Shown piece after piece: positions 19,515-28,975 of a stretch of 64,000 nt of DNA. The DNA is taken from positions 1 to 64,000 of IMG/VR virus record IMGVR_UViG_3300032335_001233; one strand, 5' to 3'. How positions within the stretch are numbered: the stretch's first letter is position 1; every line of letters starts with the position of its first letter. The stretch is from a virus (Duplodnaviria; Caudoviricetes). Made by a program: the position numbers and the translations under genes. The notes under the pieces are model-generated. The model was not told the DNA's origin. It made no database searches and saw nothing but the letters and a program-made list of their open reading frames with translations.

Positions 19515-19518
19515 CTAT

Positions 19519-20343
19519 ATGCGTAAATATCGTTCAATCTTCATTAGTGATGTGCATTTGGGCACACGTGACTGCAAAGCTGAAGCATTGAACAACTTCC
19601 TCAAAAACAACAGTTGCGATACCCTGTATCTAGTGGGCGATATCATTGACGCCTGGAAGATACAACAAAACCGCTGGCGCTGGAAACAAAGTCACACCAA
19701 CGTGGTTCGACGAATCCTGGGCCATGCCAAACGTGGTACACGAGTGGTTTATGTGGCCGGTAACCATGATGAATTCTTGCGCCCCATGATTCCCTATGGT
19801 TTCTCATTTGGACACGTAGAAATACACAATCAAATCGAACACATTGGTGCAGACGGCAAACACTATCTAGTGGTACATGGTGACTTGTTTGACGGCATCA
19901 CCAGACTGGCGCCTTGGCTGAGCTTTTTGGGAGATCGAGCTTATGATGTAGTTCTTGCGCTCAACAGTAAATTCAACTGGATACGACACCGCATGGGCTT
20001 TGGTTACTGGAGTTTGAGTCGATATCTCAAAGTTCGAGTCAAGAAGGCCGTGGACTTTGTGTTTCAATTTGAAAAGAATCTTGCTGGCTACTGTAAAAAG
20101 CGCGGGTATGATGGGGTGATCTGCGGTCACATACATCATGCCGAAATCAAAGAAATAGACGGTGTAACATACATGAATGACGGTGATTGGGTCGAATCAC
20201 TCACTGCCTTGGTGGAACACTGGGACGGCCGGTGGGAAATTGTGACATGGATATGGGAGAAAGACTATGTGGATACTGATATTGATAGCCGTGCATCTCA
20301 ACAATCCGCAAGACATTCCTGGGCGGGTAACTCTAGAATTTGA
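19519..20343 (+). CDS. LpxH-like metallophosphoesterase (UDP-2,3-diacylglucosamine hydrolase family)
   Basis: ISDVHLG, VGDIID, GNHD, HGD, CGHIH, NDGDWVES. Confidence 0.88.
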   Translation: MRKYRSIFISDVHLGTRDCKAEALNNFLKNNSCDTLYLVGDIIDAWKIQQNRWRWKQSHTNVVRRILGHAKRGTRVVYVAGNHDEFLRPMIPYGFSFGHVEIHNQIEHIGADGKHYLVVHGDLFDGITRLAPWLSFLGDRAYDVVLALNSKFNWIRHRMGFGYWSLSRYLKVRVKKAVDFVFQFEKNLAGYCKKRGYDGVICGHIHHAEIKEIDGVTYMNDGDWVESLTALVEHWDGRWEIVTWIWEKDYVDTDIDSRASQQSARHSWAGNSRI

Positions 20344-20443
20344 AAATCAATCACAGTGCCAACAGTCTTTGCGCAGCATGACTTATTGGTTAAAGTTTAG
20401 TAATTTTAAGGTAGAAGGCCAATGCGTAAAAAAACCATCTTAA
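20267..20443 (+). CDS. Small secreted or membrane protein (58 aa)
   Basis: MWILILIAV...C...C; fills the gap between two genes; GGAG SD. Confidence 0.55.
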   Translation: MWILILIAVHLNNPQDIPGRVTLEFENQSQCQQSLRSMTYWLKFSNFKVEGQCVKKPS

Positions 20444-21429
20444 TTGTCACAGATAACTTGCAGGATCAAATCAATGGCGTTGTTACCACGTTCACGAACC
20501 TTGAGGCATGTGCTGTTCTGGATCACTATCAGTTTGTATATATTGATCCCGGGCAGTTCACCCACTTTGATTGCCCTGGCTACAACGAAATCAAGATTGC
20601 CCTTGCCTGGAAGATTGGGCAGAAGATTCAGGCGCTGGATCCGGATCATATCCATATCGCCACCGAAGGTCCTCTTGGTCTTGCTGCTCGATGCTGGCTT
20701 GACCGCCGTGGTTGGCGCTACAATACTAGCTATCACACTCGTTTTCCTGAAGCTTTGAACAAAATTCTAGGTGTGCCCGAAAGCTGGAGTTGGCGTTACA
20801 TGCGCTGGTTCCACAAGCATTCTGGACGGGTACTCACTACCACCGACAGCATGGTGGCAGATTTACGCAGTCACGGATTTGTCGGCGATATCCGGTCTTG
20901 GACTCGCGGTGTGGATCGCACGGTATTTCAACCACGATGTGATGCCAACACTGCCGAATCTGAGCCAGTGTTGTTGTGTGTGAGCAGAATCAGCAAAGAA
21001 AAAAATCTTGAAGAGTTCTGCAGTCTTGACATTCCGGGCACACGCAAAGTCATGGTGGGGGATGGTCCTGAGCGCAATCGTTTAGAGGCTCTCTACCCTG
21101 ATGTAGAATTTGTAGGATTTAAAACTGGTACCGAGTTAGCACAGTACTATCGTGACGCTGATGTGTTTGTGTTTCCCAGTCGCTGGGACACCTTTGGCAT
21201 TGTCATGATTGAAGCCATGGCCTGTGGCACACCGGTAGCAGCCTATCCTGTGACTGGTCCGCTAGATGTGATTGAACCCGGCGTTACCGGGTTCATGGAC
21301 CATGACTTAGCATCAGCAGTGCAGCAGTGTCTCCAACTCAATCGCAATCAAGTTGCTGAGGGCAGCGAGCGTTGGAGTTGGCAACGTTGCTGGCACATTT
21401 TCCGTGACAACTTGGTTGACATTGTTTGA
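20422..21429 (+). CDS. GT4-family (GT-B) glycosyltransferase
   Basis: NGVV, HIATEGPLG, SYHT.FP, R...EKN, DTFGIVMIEAMACG. Confidence 0.92.
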   Translation: MRKKTILIVTDNLQDQINGVVTTFTNLEACAVLDHYQFVYIDPGQFTHFDCPGYNEIKIALAWKIGQKIQALDPDHIHIATEGPLGLAARCWLDRRGWRYNTSYHTRFPEALNKILGVPESWSWRYMRWFHKHSGRVLTTTDSMVADLRSHGFVGDIRSWTRGVDRTVFQPRCDANTAESEPVLLCVSRISKEKNLEEFCSLDIPGTRKVMVGDGPERNRLEALYPDVEFVGFKTGTELAQYYRDADVFVFPSRWDTFGIVMIEAMACGTPVAAYPVTGPLDVIEPGVTGFMDHDLASAVQQCLQLNRNQVAEGSERWSWQRCWHIFRDNLVDIV

Positions 21430-21442
21430 ATCAATGTTGATT

Positions 21443-21793
21443 TTAGATTTTCAACATTGACCCGTCCCATTCGTCACTGGGCGGATTGATTTGAAGAGCT
21501 TGCACACGAGCCAACAAATTGGTATAAAAGCTATCAAGTTCGTTGTTCCAACGACCCATGAGCCCTTCTATGGCTCGTTCGCAATAGTTCCACTCGCGAG
21601 CACGAAAGTTGACCATGAGGTCTTGATGAATTTTTAGCCAGTGTTCTAGTTGGGTCAGTTCAGTCAAAGGAATCTTTTCCACCACGCAGTAGGCTGTGTG
21701 ACGGTCTCCGTTGGGCCTACGAAATGTGTCCAGTTCCAACACTGTGTAGTTGTCGGGCAGTTGTTCTAGTGCATCGCTAAAAATAATGTTCAT
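21443..21793 (-). CDS. Hypothetical protein
   Basis: AAGGA SD; LELDTF motif. Confidence 0.7.
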   Translation of the reverse strand: MNIIFSDALEQLPDNYTVLELDTFRRPNGDRHTAYCVVEKIPLTELTQLEHWLKIHQDLMVNFRAREWNYCERAIEGLMGRWNNELDSFYTNLLARVQALQINPPSDEWDGSMLKI

Positions 21794-21817
21794 GTGTATT
21801 CCTTTTAAATATGTATC

Positions 21818-22609
21818 ATGCAATTTGCTTTTGACCTAATTTCTGATCTACATGTTGAGACCTGGAGCGAACCCTTGGATTTCAAAGGTAGAGCCACAGC
21901 GCCAGTGGCTGTAGTGGCTGGTGATATCAGTGAAGACCGCGACACTGTGATTGAGACTTTGAAAAATCTTGGTGCCAGCTATCAAGCTGTGTTTTACATT
22001 GACGGCAATGATGAACACCGAGAATACTTGGAAAACTTGTCGGCTGGATATCGCAGTCTTGTGCGCCAAGTAAAAAACATCAACAACGTAGTTTATTTAC
22101 AAGACAATGTGATTGTAATTGACGGTGTAGCTATCTTGGGCACCAATGGTTGGTGGGGGTTTGATTTTGATCTCACTGTGAATGTAGAACAGAGCATGCA
22201 TTGGTATCGTGAAAAAAGATCACTTACCCCAGCAGCCGTACAAGGCATACGCAAGATGAGTGCACAAGACGCCACCTACATGGTACAGAGTGTGAAAAAA
22301 CTTCAAACTCACGGCGATGTCAAACAAATTGTCATGGTCACTCACACTGTGCCCGATCCTGCTATTATTGCACACGACATTGAGCTAGATGGCACACACC
22401 GATTCAACTGCATGGGCAATCGCTACATGATGCAGGCGTTGGCTGCTGACACAGAACGAAAAATACATACCTGGTGCTTTGGTCACTATCATGGCAGCAT
22501 TGACCAGGTGCGCAGTGGTGTGAGATTTGTCAACAACTGTCGCGGTCGAGGTGACAGTGCCTGGGGCAATTGTGTGTATCACCCCAAGCGCATTGTGATT
22601 GAATATTAA
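21818..22609 (+). CDS. Calcineurin-like metallophosphoesterase
   Basis: SDLH, GD, GNDEH, THTVP, GHYH. Confidence 0.85.
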   Translation: MQFAFDLISDLHVETWSEPLDFKGRATAPVAVVAGDISEDRDTVIETLKNLGASYQAVFYIDGNDEHREYLENLSAGYRSLVRQVKNINNVVYLQDNVIVIDGVAILGTNGWWGFDFDLTVNVEQSMHWYREKRSLTPAAVQGIRKMSAQDATYMVQSVKKLQTHGDVKQIVMVTHTVPDPAIIAHDIELDGTHRFNCMGNRYMMQALAADTERKIHTWCFGHYHGSIDQVRSGVRFVNNCRGRGDSAWGNCVYHPKRIVIEY

Positions 22610-22917
22610 ACTTCGGCTGCAGGTTCCAGCTTGATCTGCAAAGGATAACTCTGTGCGCGAGCCTGTGTGGTAACTTCTACACCTTTTTGCTCAGCAATTT
22701 CATAAGGCAACACAGCCACCACAGCTGATCCTGAATCATGAATGTCATGAGTAATCAGTGCCGCTGTTTCCACATTGTATTCAAAATGCTCAATCAGGCT
22801 CTCAACCACAAACTCCATGGTGGTTTGATTGTCATTGAGGTACACCACTTTGAACAGTGGGGGTTCTTTGATGGCCAAATTGGGTTTGATTCTTGTGTTG
22901 GTTTCAGTTTGTGGCAT
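22606..22917 (-). CDS. clpS: ClpS N-degron adaptor
   Basis: PPLFKVVYLNDNQTTMEFV...H..G.AVV...EIAEQK...PL..KLE. Confidence 0.9.
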   Translation of the reverse strand: MPQTETNTRIKPNLAIKEPPLFKVVYLNDNQTTMEFVVESLIEHFEYNVETAALITHDIHDSGSAVVAVLPYEIAEQKGVEVTTQARAQSYPLQIKLEPAAEV

Positions 22918-22972
22918 ATTAGTTGTCCTAGCAGTGGCAGCAAGATGCTGCCACTGTATTTACGCAATTATA

Positions 22973-23425
22973 TTAAGAAGCGTAGGTGATAGCAATGGTC
23001 TTTGGCTTAGCGTCTTCGGGAACTTCTCGCTTTAGGCGTATGTTCAAGATACCCAGTTCAAGATTTGCATTGCTGATCTCCACATGGTCAGCTAGTTGAA
23101 ATTCTCGACGGAAGTTTCGTTCGCTGATGCCCTTGTGTAGATAGTTCACTTCTTGAGTGTCTTCTGTGTCAGCAGTGTGTCTGCCTTCAATGATCAAGAC
23201 TTTTTTGTCCTTGGTCACTGACAGATCTTCCAGTGCAAAACCTGCCACAGCCACACTGATAACATATTCGTCTTCGTTGACCTGGACGATGTTATAGGGA
23301 GGGTAGTTGGTGTTGCTTTGCTGCGCACTCACACGCATGAGTTCGTCAAACATGTTATCGAAACCGATACCAAATCTGTGAATTGCGGGAATGTCAAGGG
23401 TACGAAGGGATAAAGTTTTTGTCAT
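22973..23425 (-). CDS. Small heat-shock protein Hsp20 (IbpA-like)
   Basis: IGFD, YPPYNI, AVAGF, YLHKGIS.R.F, A.L..GIL.I. Confidence 0.95.
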   Translation of the reverse strand: MTKTLSLRTLDIPAIHRFGIGFDNMFDELMRVSAQQSNTNYPPYNIVQVNEDEYVISVAVAGFALEDLSVTKDKKVLIIEGRHTADTEDTQEVNYLHKGISERNFRREFQLADHVEISNANLELGILNIRLKREVPEDAKPKTIAITYAS

Positions 23426-23453
23426 GTTTTTCTCCTATTAAGCAAGTATGACG
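23421..23453 (-). promoter_or_regulatory. ROSE-like RNA thermometer hairpin
   Basis: GUCAU-A-CUUGCU-UAAU-AGGAG-AAAAAC-AUGAC; UUGCU pairs with the SD leaving a bulged G. Confidence 0.6.
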
Positions 23454-23517
23454 TTAAAATGTAGCCCCACCATGGGCACTACACAGTTATTTATTATAGA
23501 CAAAAATCTCAACAAAA

Positions 23518-23742
23518 TCAATACAGTTTGGGCGGTAACTGCTGATCTCGCAGTTTTTTCTGCCAACGTTTGCGAGCCGCCGAAGCCTTGAGCTTGCGTT
23601 CAGTAGTGGGCTTGACATAATGCTCACGCTGTCGCAGATCTTCCAGCACCCCGGCTGCTTGAATTTTTTTCTTGAGTTTGCGCAGAGCTCGATCCACGTG
23701 GTTATCTTGAACCAAGACTGATCGTCCAGTGAGTTTATGCAT
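23518..23742 (-). CDS. rpsU: 30S ribosomal protein bS21
   Basis: V.V....DRALRKLKKK...G...LR.REHYVKPT..RK...AARKR. Confidence 0.9.
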   Translation of the reverse strand: MHKLTGRSVLVQDNHVDRALRKLKKKIQAAGVLEDLRQREHYVKPTTERKLKASAARKRWQKKLRDQQLPPKLY

Positions 23743-24940
23743 GATGTTCTGTGAGTGATTGAGGATTGTGCACTTGGTCACCATTGATCATCACTGTTGA
23801 GATGCCTTGGTTGCGATAGCGCACAAGATTGAACATGTGTGGTAGCAGCACACGTTCTAGCTCGCTGTGTAGTCCACGAGCACCAGTACGGTTGGCAATG
23901 GTACGTTCAGCAATGAGGTCCAAGCTGCCAGAATCAAAAGTAAGATCAATTTGATCTTGCTGAAACAACCACTGGTATTGGCTCACATAACTGTGCTTGA
24001 CTTCGGTCAAGATTCGCACAAGATCAGTTTTGCCAAGCTCTTGTAATGCTACCCAGGTAGGGAAACGTCCCACAAATTCAGGTATCATGCCAAACTTGAT
24101 GAGGTCCTCAGGAGTGACCAAGTCCAAAGACGTTGCTGTGTCTTTGACCACGTTGGCACCAAAACCAATTGATGTGCCTTTGACACGATTTTTCACAATG
24201 TTGTCAAGCCCCACAAATGCACCACCGGCGATAAACAAGATGTTGGTGGTGTCAATTTCTATGTTTTCACCAGCCGGATGCTTGCGATTGCCAGTGGGCT
24301 GAACTCGACAACGAGTACCTTCAACTAACTTGAGCAGAGCCTGTTGTACTCCTTCGCCTGACACATCTCGTGTGATTGAGGCACTCTCACTGCGGCGGCT
24401 GATCTTGTCAATTTCGTCAATAAACACAATACCACGTTGTGTTTTTTCTATGTCGCCACCGGCAGCGTTGTACAGTCTTGAAATCAAACTTTCTACATCA
24501 TCTCCCACGTAGCCAGCTTCGGTCAGGCTTGTGGCATCAGCTATCACAAACGGTACATCAAGATATCGTGCCACACTGCGAGCCAGCAGTGTTTTGCCCG
24601 AGCCTGTGGGCCCCAGCATGAGAATGTTGCTTTTCTCAATCTCTACTGCGGGGTCAGGATTGTTGATACGCTTGTAGTGATTCACAATGGCCACACTCAG
24701 CACTTGTTTGGCTCGATGTTGCCCCACCACATACTGGTCCAGGTGCTGTTTGATGGTGTGCGGATCTAGTGTGGCCTTGATTGTACCATCAGTCTTGACT
24801 GGCACATCGTCTTTAAGCAAGTCACCGCATAGGCTCACACACTCGTTGCAAATGGCCACTGTGTCGCCCACAATCAGTTTGGCCACAGCATCTTTGTGTT
24901 TGCCACAAAAACTACAGGTGTCTAGTGTGTCGTTTTTCAT
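23735..24940 (-). CDS. clpX: ATP-dependent Clp protease ATP-binding subunit ClpX
   Basis: CSFC/CNEC Zn finger, [28 protein letters not shown] loop, GARGL. Confidence 0.97.
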   Translation of the reverse strand: MKNDTLDTCSFCGKHKDAVAKLIVGDTVAICNECVSLCGDLLKDDVPVKTDGTIKATLDPHTIKQHLDQYVVGQHRAKQVLSVAIVNHYKRINNPDPAVEIEKSNILMLGPTGSGKTLLARSVARYLDVPFVIADATSLTEAGYVGDDVESLISRLYNAAGGDIEKTQRGIVFIDEIDKISRRSESASITRDVSGEGVQQALLKLVEGTRCRVQPTGNRKHPAGENIEIDTTNILFIAGGAFVGLDNIVKNRVKGTSIGFGANVVKDTATSLDLVTPEDLIKFGMIPEFVGRFPTWVALQELGKTDLVRILTEVKHSYVSQYQWLFQQDQIDLTFDSGSLDLIAERTIANRTGARGLHSELERVLLPHMFNLVRYRNQGISTVMINGDQVHNPQSLTEHHA

Positions 24941-26364
24941 TAGGTGTTGTTGGATTTGGTTTCAGAAAGTCGTCGGGCAATTTGCTCGCGTTCGCTGTCG
25001 TTCAAGTGATCTAGCTCATACTGCCCTTTTTCCAAAGCTTCAATAAGATAGTCTAGATACGCTGTTTCGTAAGTATAGCTGTCTGTAAGGTTTTTGTCAA
25101 CCGCCATCCAGTCTGTGCCGTTGAACTTGTAGAGTTCGTTGGGCAAGCGGTCCACACGCATAAAGGTGTCGCCTTTGCGAGCTGCAATAGGGAACTCTGT
25201 GCCAAAGTCTATGCGTGGTGGCGGCGCAAGCTCTGCATTGTCAATCAAGGCCATCCATGGCAGTTCAGAAATCTCGCCGCGGGCTAGCTTGGCACGTTGC
25301 TCTTTAAGAGTTTTGTCGGGGTTTTGTTCTTTCCAGGCCTTGATAGCTTGTTTTACACTGGGATGGTCATCGTGCAGATCTTCATTGAATTCTTCTGTGT
25401 CTTGCGGTGCGTTGGGCTGTGCCACCATGGGCTTGAGATCTTGAAAGAACATTTTGTGACCTTCTTTGAGATAGGCTAGTTCGGGTTCAGGCGGTGGTGA
25501 CTCATCGGGGGTTTCAACCACTGTGGTGGGCACTGGCAGGTCCTGGTTGCGATCCAGGGCCTGTGCTACTTCGCGTTTGGTTTCTAGAGCCTTTTCAAAC
25601 TCACGATCTTCGCGTCGCCACTTGATACTTTCGGTAGCGGCCAGTACCATCATGATGGCCAGGGGATCAAATACCACAACCAATATCACAATCATCCAAC
25701 GCACTGCACGTTCCAATAAGTTGGCATCAGGATTGTCGCCGTAAATCAGTGAGGCAATATATTTTATTGGACCAACTTCCGCCTCGACCTTTCGAACGTC
25801 TGCGGCAATCGGAGCCCTCTCCTCATTAAGGGTAGCAATAGTTTTCTGTTCGGCGGAGATCTCAGATTGAAGACGGGCTCGTTCTTTTTGTTGACTTCGG
25901 CGTAGTCCAACTGCCTTATCCGCACCCTTTTCATCCTGACTGCGACCCAAGACTTGGTCCACCGACTCATCCATCTGTTTAAGAGCCTTACGGTTGGCTT
26001 CGATATTTTCTTTAGCTGTCTTAATTTTTTCATCATATATTGCAATCTTGGCCGCGGCATCTCCACTCACAATGCTTTGGTCACTGTGTGCTTTTGACAG
26101 GAATCCAAATATGCCCATTGATGTGATCAGCATCAGCATGATTACTGCGGGCACAAGATACAGTTTCATGACCCAACGACAACGATGCCAATATTCGTGC
26201 AACCATACTGTGACTGTGACTTTGGCCACTTCCAGCATGGTACCCATGACGATGATGGGAATCACTGCGGACGCAAAGATTGCAGTGAGTCCTATGATGC
26301 TGTACCAAGCGGCAATGACACTGAGGCTCAGTGCCACTGCTAGCGTAAAATAACTGAGGAACAT
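24940..26364 (-). CDS. Membrane-anchored coiled-coil protein
   Basis: Three N-terminal TMs, coiled coil, EVGPIKY and a fourth TM. Confidence 0.8.
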   Translation of the reverse strand: MFLSYFTLAVALSLSVIAAWYSIIGLTAIFASAVIPIIVMGTMLEVAKVTVTVWLHEYWHRCRWVMKLYLVPAVIMLMLITSMGIFGFLSKAHSDQSIVSGDAAAKIAIYDEKIKTAKENIEANRKALKQMDESVDQVLGRSQDEKGADKAVGLRRSQQKERARLQSEISAEQKTIATLNEERAPIAADVRKVEAEVGPIKYIASLIYGDNPDANLLERAVRWMIVILVVVFDPLAIMMVLAATESIKWRREDREFEKALETKREVAQALDRNQDLPVPTTVVETPDESPPPEPELAYLKEGHKMFFQDLKPMVAQPNAPQDTEEFNEDLHDDHPSVKQAIKAWKEQNPDKTLKEQRAKLARGEISELPWMALIDNAELAPPPRIDFGTEFPIAARKGDTFMRVDRLPNELYKFNGTDWMAVDKNLTDSYTYETAYLDYLIEALEKGQYELDHLNDSEREQIARRLSETKSNNT

Positions 26365-26367
26365 TGA

Positions 26368-26673
26368 TTATTTATTTTTGGCAACCATGATCGAATGTTT
26401 GATAGCCACCCAAGAAGCAAAGTTGGGATCAGGCACATCAAACCAGACTGGTACCGTTTTTCGGGTCCAGCGGTTGCTGTCTAACTTGCGTTTGACTCTG
26501 GGCTGTGCACGCCAATTGCCAGTACCAAATACTCGGTTGGCTTCGCGCATTACTGCATACCATTTTTCAATGTTGTCAAACTCAAACCAAATACGGTGTA
26601 TGGCGCCGGTCGTTGTTTTAAGCGGGCCGAGTGACTCAGGCGTGCATGCAGAGGCCCCGGTTTCAGCAGTCAT
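26368..26673 (-). CDS. Hypothetical protein
   Basis: 101 aa; GAAAGG SD. Confidence 0.7.
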   Translation of the reverse strand: MTAETGASACTPESLGPLKTTTGAIHRIWFEFDNIEKWYAVMREANRVFGTGNWRAQPRVKRKLDSNRWTRKTVPVWFDVPDPNFASWVAIKHSIMVAKNK

Positions 26674-26699
26674 AATAACCTTTCACTGTTTGATCTCAT

Positions 26700-26859
26700 T
26701 TGGCATACCACCGAGGTATCAGCCCGGTTTTTGACTCTCGTCTGAGCAGTGCCGCACCTTAGGGATTTACGTTGCAGTGCCACGGCTGGTGCGGAGACCG
26801 GTCGCTCTCCCCACCCCATTCAACAACCCCGATGTACCTGGCCAGGCCCAGTGCCATAC
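26700..26859 (-). ncRNA. Candidate structured RNA or long 5' leader
   Basis: GC-rich interval behind a perfect promoter, with several long-range helices. Confidence 0.4.
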
Positions 26860-26865
26860 ACAGTA

Positions 26866-26894
26866 ATTATACTGAGTTGTAACCGCGGTGTCAA
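26866..26894 (-). promoter_or_regulatory. Consensus sigma70 promoter
   Basis: TTGACA-17-TATAAT. Confidence 0.9.
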
Positions 26895-28234
26895 TTGATT
26901 TGATACACCAAGCTCGTGGACCAAAATTGCACAGTGTTGCCATTTATTCTGGCAAACACCAGTCTCCAGCCCTGGCCCAAACGTATGGGAACCATGCCAC
27001 CATTGGGTTTGATTTTTTCAATGGTGTCGGTCAACGCTGACGCAAACACTGAATTTCCGCGATTGACCCAAGCTGACACAGCATGATTTTGACTAGCTGG
27101 TTCATGTGATGTGAACCATAGGTCCGGCCGACCATCACCGTTGAAATCCTGCGCCCAGGGCACATAGGTAATGTGCTGATTGATGTTGTAGCCTGGCAGG
27201 GCCGTGAGTGACACATCTTCAAATTGCCAGTTGCCACGATTGATCAACACTTGCACCTGCCCGTTGGCCAGCCAAACAGTGCTGCCGGTGGGAGGTAACG
27301 ATCTGCTGAACACCAAAATATCTGGACGGTTGTCAGCATTGACGTCCACCACCAGGCATGTGACTTCATGACTGACTTCAGTGGTGGTACTACGATCCAA
27401 CGTGGGCATGGGCAAAGTGTGTTCACGTATGGGTTGCAAGTTTGCATCCAGCTCGTAGATCACTGTGTCAGCTTTGGGTGACAAGAAACTGTCTTGCATG
27501 AGATCGGTGATCACCAGCTGAGTACGTCCAGTGTTGTTGAAGTCGCCAGCGCAGACCCCGCTGCCGTGCATCCAGTGCCCAGCACCAAAGTTGAGATTCC
27601 AGTGATGATCTCGAAAAACAAAATTGCCCTGACCATCGTTGAGCCACATCTGACCATGACTGTTGACCACATCTAGATCGCCATCATGATCAATGTCCAC
27701 TGTGACCACGTCATGACTCCACACCATGTCAGGCAAGTTGACCCGGCGATGCGTTTGCCCCACACGACTTATATAGGCTACTCCTGCGGCATTACCACTG
27801 TGATCCAGCATGCCTGCAAGAAAGATGTCGTCTATGCCATCTCGATTGAAGTCGGCTATCACTGGAAATGCTGTGGCTGCGGTGGGCAGTTCTCCCAAGA
27901 TCTGTTGTGTGGCATCTTGTCCGGTGCCATCGGCATTGATACGAAATACCCGAACTGGTGCGGCATGGTTGGCGGGCGGGTTGTGACTGTACAACAAACC
28001 AGCCATCACAATATAGGTGTTGACACTTTGATCCAGTTGTGCTGGTACAAAATTCAACAACGGTGCATGATCGGTTGTGATGCTGCCAATTTGATGGTAT
28101 TCAGGCACTGCTGGCGGCAGTGGCAGTGATGGAGTAATCGTCACACTGGGCGAAGAAGAATCACTGCCACCACCACAGGCCGACAGCATGGCGCACAACA
28201 CCAAGGTCAGCGCATTAACTGTCTTTGTTGGCAT
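26891..28234 (-). CDS. FG-GAP/VCBS repeat lipoprotein
   Basis: Lipobox LSACGGG; repeated DFNxDGxxD calcium-blade motifs. Confidence 0.85.
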   Translation of the reverse strand: MPTKTVNALTLVLCAMLSACGGGSDSSSPSVTITPSLPLPPAVPEYHQIGSITTDHAPLLNFVPAQLDQSVNTYIVMAGLLYSHNPPANHAAPVRVFRINADGTGQDATQQILGELPTAATAFPVIADFNRDGIDDIFLAGMLDHSGNAAGVAYISRVGQTHRRVNLPDMVWSHDVVTVDIDHDGDLDVVNSHGQMWLNDGQGNFVFRDHHWNLNFGAGHWMHGSGVCAGDFNNTGRTQLVITDLMQDSFLSPKADTVIYELDANLQPIREHTLPMPTLDRSTTTEVSHEVTCLVVDVNADNRPDILVFSRSLPPTGSTVWLANGQVQVLINRGNWQFEDVSLTALPGYNINQHITYVPWAQDFNGDGRPDLWFTSHEPASQNHAVSAWVNRGNSVFASALTDTIEKIKPNGGMVPIRLGQGWRLVFARINGNTVQFWSTSLVYQIN

Positions 28235-28679
28235 TTTTCACAAGATCACAAGTCAATAAAAATTGTTCGTAGGCATCACGCACTGCGGGATGAGTCATCA
28301 ACTTGGTGGCTTCTTGTTGCATGGCCTGCACACCAGCTTCCACAATGTCACGTGTGCTGGCGCCTTGCAAGGTACAGAGTTCGTCGCCAAACTCTCGAGC
28401 CAGTTTGCGCCAGGCCCGTCGTTGTCCTTCTGTCAAAGGAGTCTGCTGTGGTTTTAATTCGCTGGCCTGGACCAGGGCGCGGCACATGGCATCTTCGGCC
28501 ACTCGTCCCGCGGCTATCATGGGTGCCAGAGCAGGCTCAACATGGAACCTACGACTACTGCCGCCAGGATAGCACATAACGAGATGATTACCTTTTGGAA
28601 AACTATCCAGCAGATCGTTGTCGTATTCGGCCACCGGTTGGTAGCGTCGACCCACTTTTTCATAGTAAATCTTTTTCAT
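28215..28679 (-). CDS. Hypothetical protein
   Basis: MKKIYYEKVGRRY start overlaps the upstream stop. Confidence 0.75.
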   Translation of the reverse strand: MKKIYYEKVGRRYQPVAEYDNDLLDSFPKGNHLVMCYPGGSSRRFHVEPALAPMIAAGRVAEDAMCRALVQASELKPQQTPLTEGQRRAWRKLAREFGDELCTLQGASTRDIVEAGVQAMQQEATKLMTHPAVRDAYEQFLLTCDLVKNANKDS

Positions 28680-28975
28680 GCTTTCAACATGGCCCATACG
28701 GCCGTTTTTTCCAAGTCTTGTTGAAATTCTGGATACACAGAGTCCAGTTCTGCGATGTCCACACTGCGGTAACCACGACTTTGTTTTTTTTCAAACATGT
28801 CATCAGCTTGCCAAGCTGTGGCCTGAAACAATTTGGTCTGCAGTCGGGAACCACGACGCCCCCAAAACGAAACATATTGATTTGACCTGCCGTTGCTACT
28901 TTGTTGCAACAGTATGATACCCCATACCTTGTCAGCAGTGCCTTCGCGGCACCAACCAATATGTTCGTATTTCAT
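28676..28975 (-). CDS. WGR-domain-like protein
   Basis: DKVW, FWGRRG, KK..RGY. Confidence 0.65.
   Translation of the reverse strand: MKYEHIGWCREGTADKVWGIILLQQSSNGRSNQYVSFWGRRGSRLQTKLFQATAWQADDMFEKKQSRGYRSVDIAELDSVYPEFQQDLEKTAVWAMLKA

Noticed and set aside
26695-26857. Stop-codon readthrough joining a 32-codon ORF to a further 20 codons
   Set aside because: The stop is TAA, TAA ends many clear genes here, and nothing suggests recoding.
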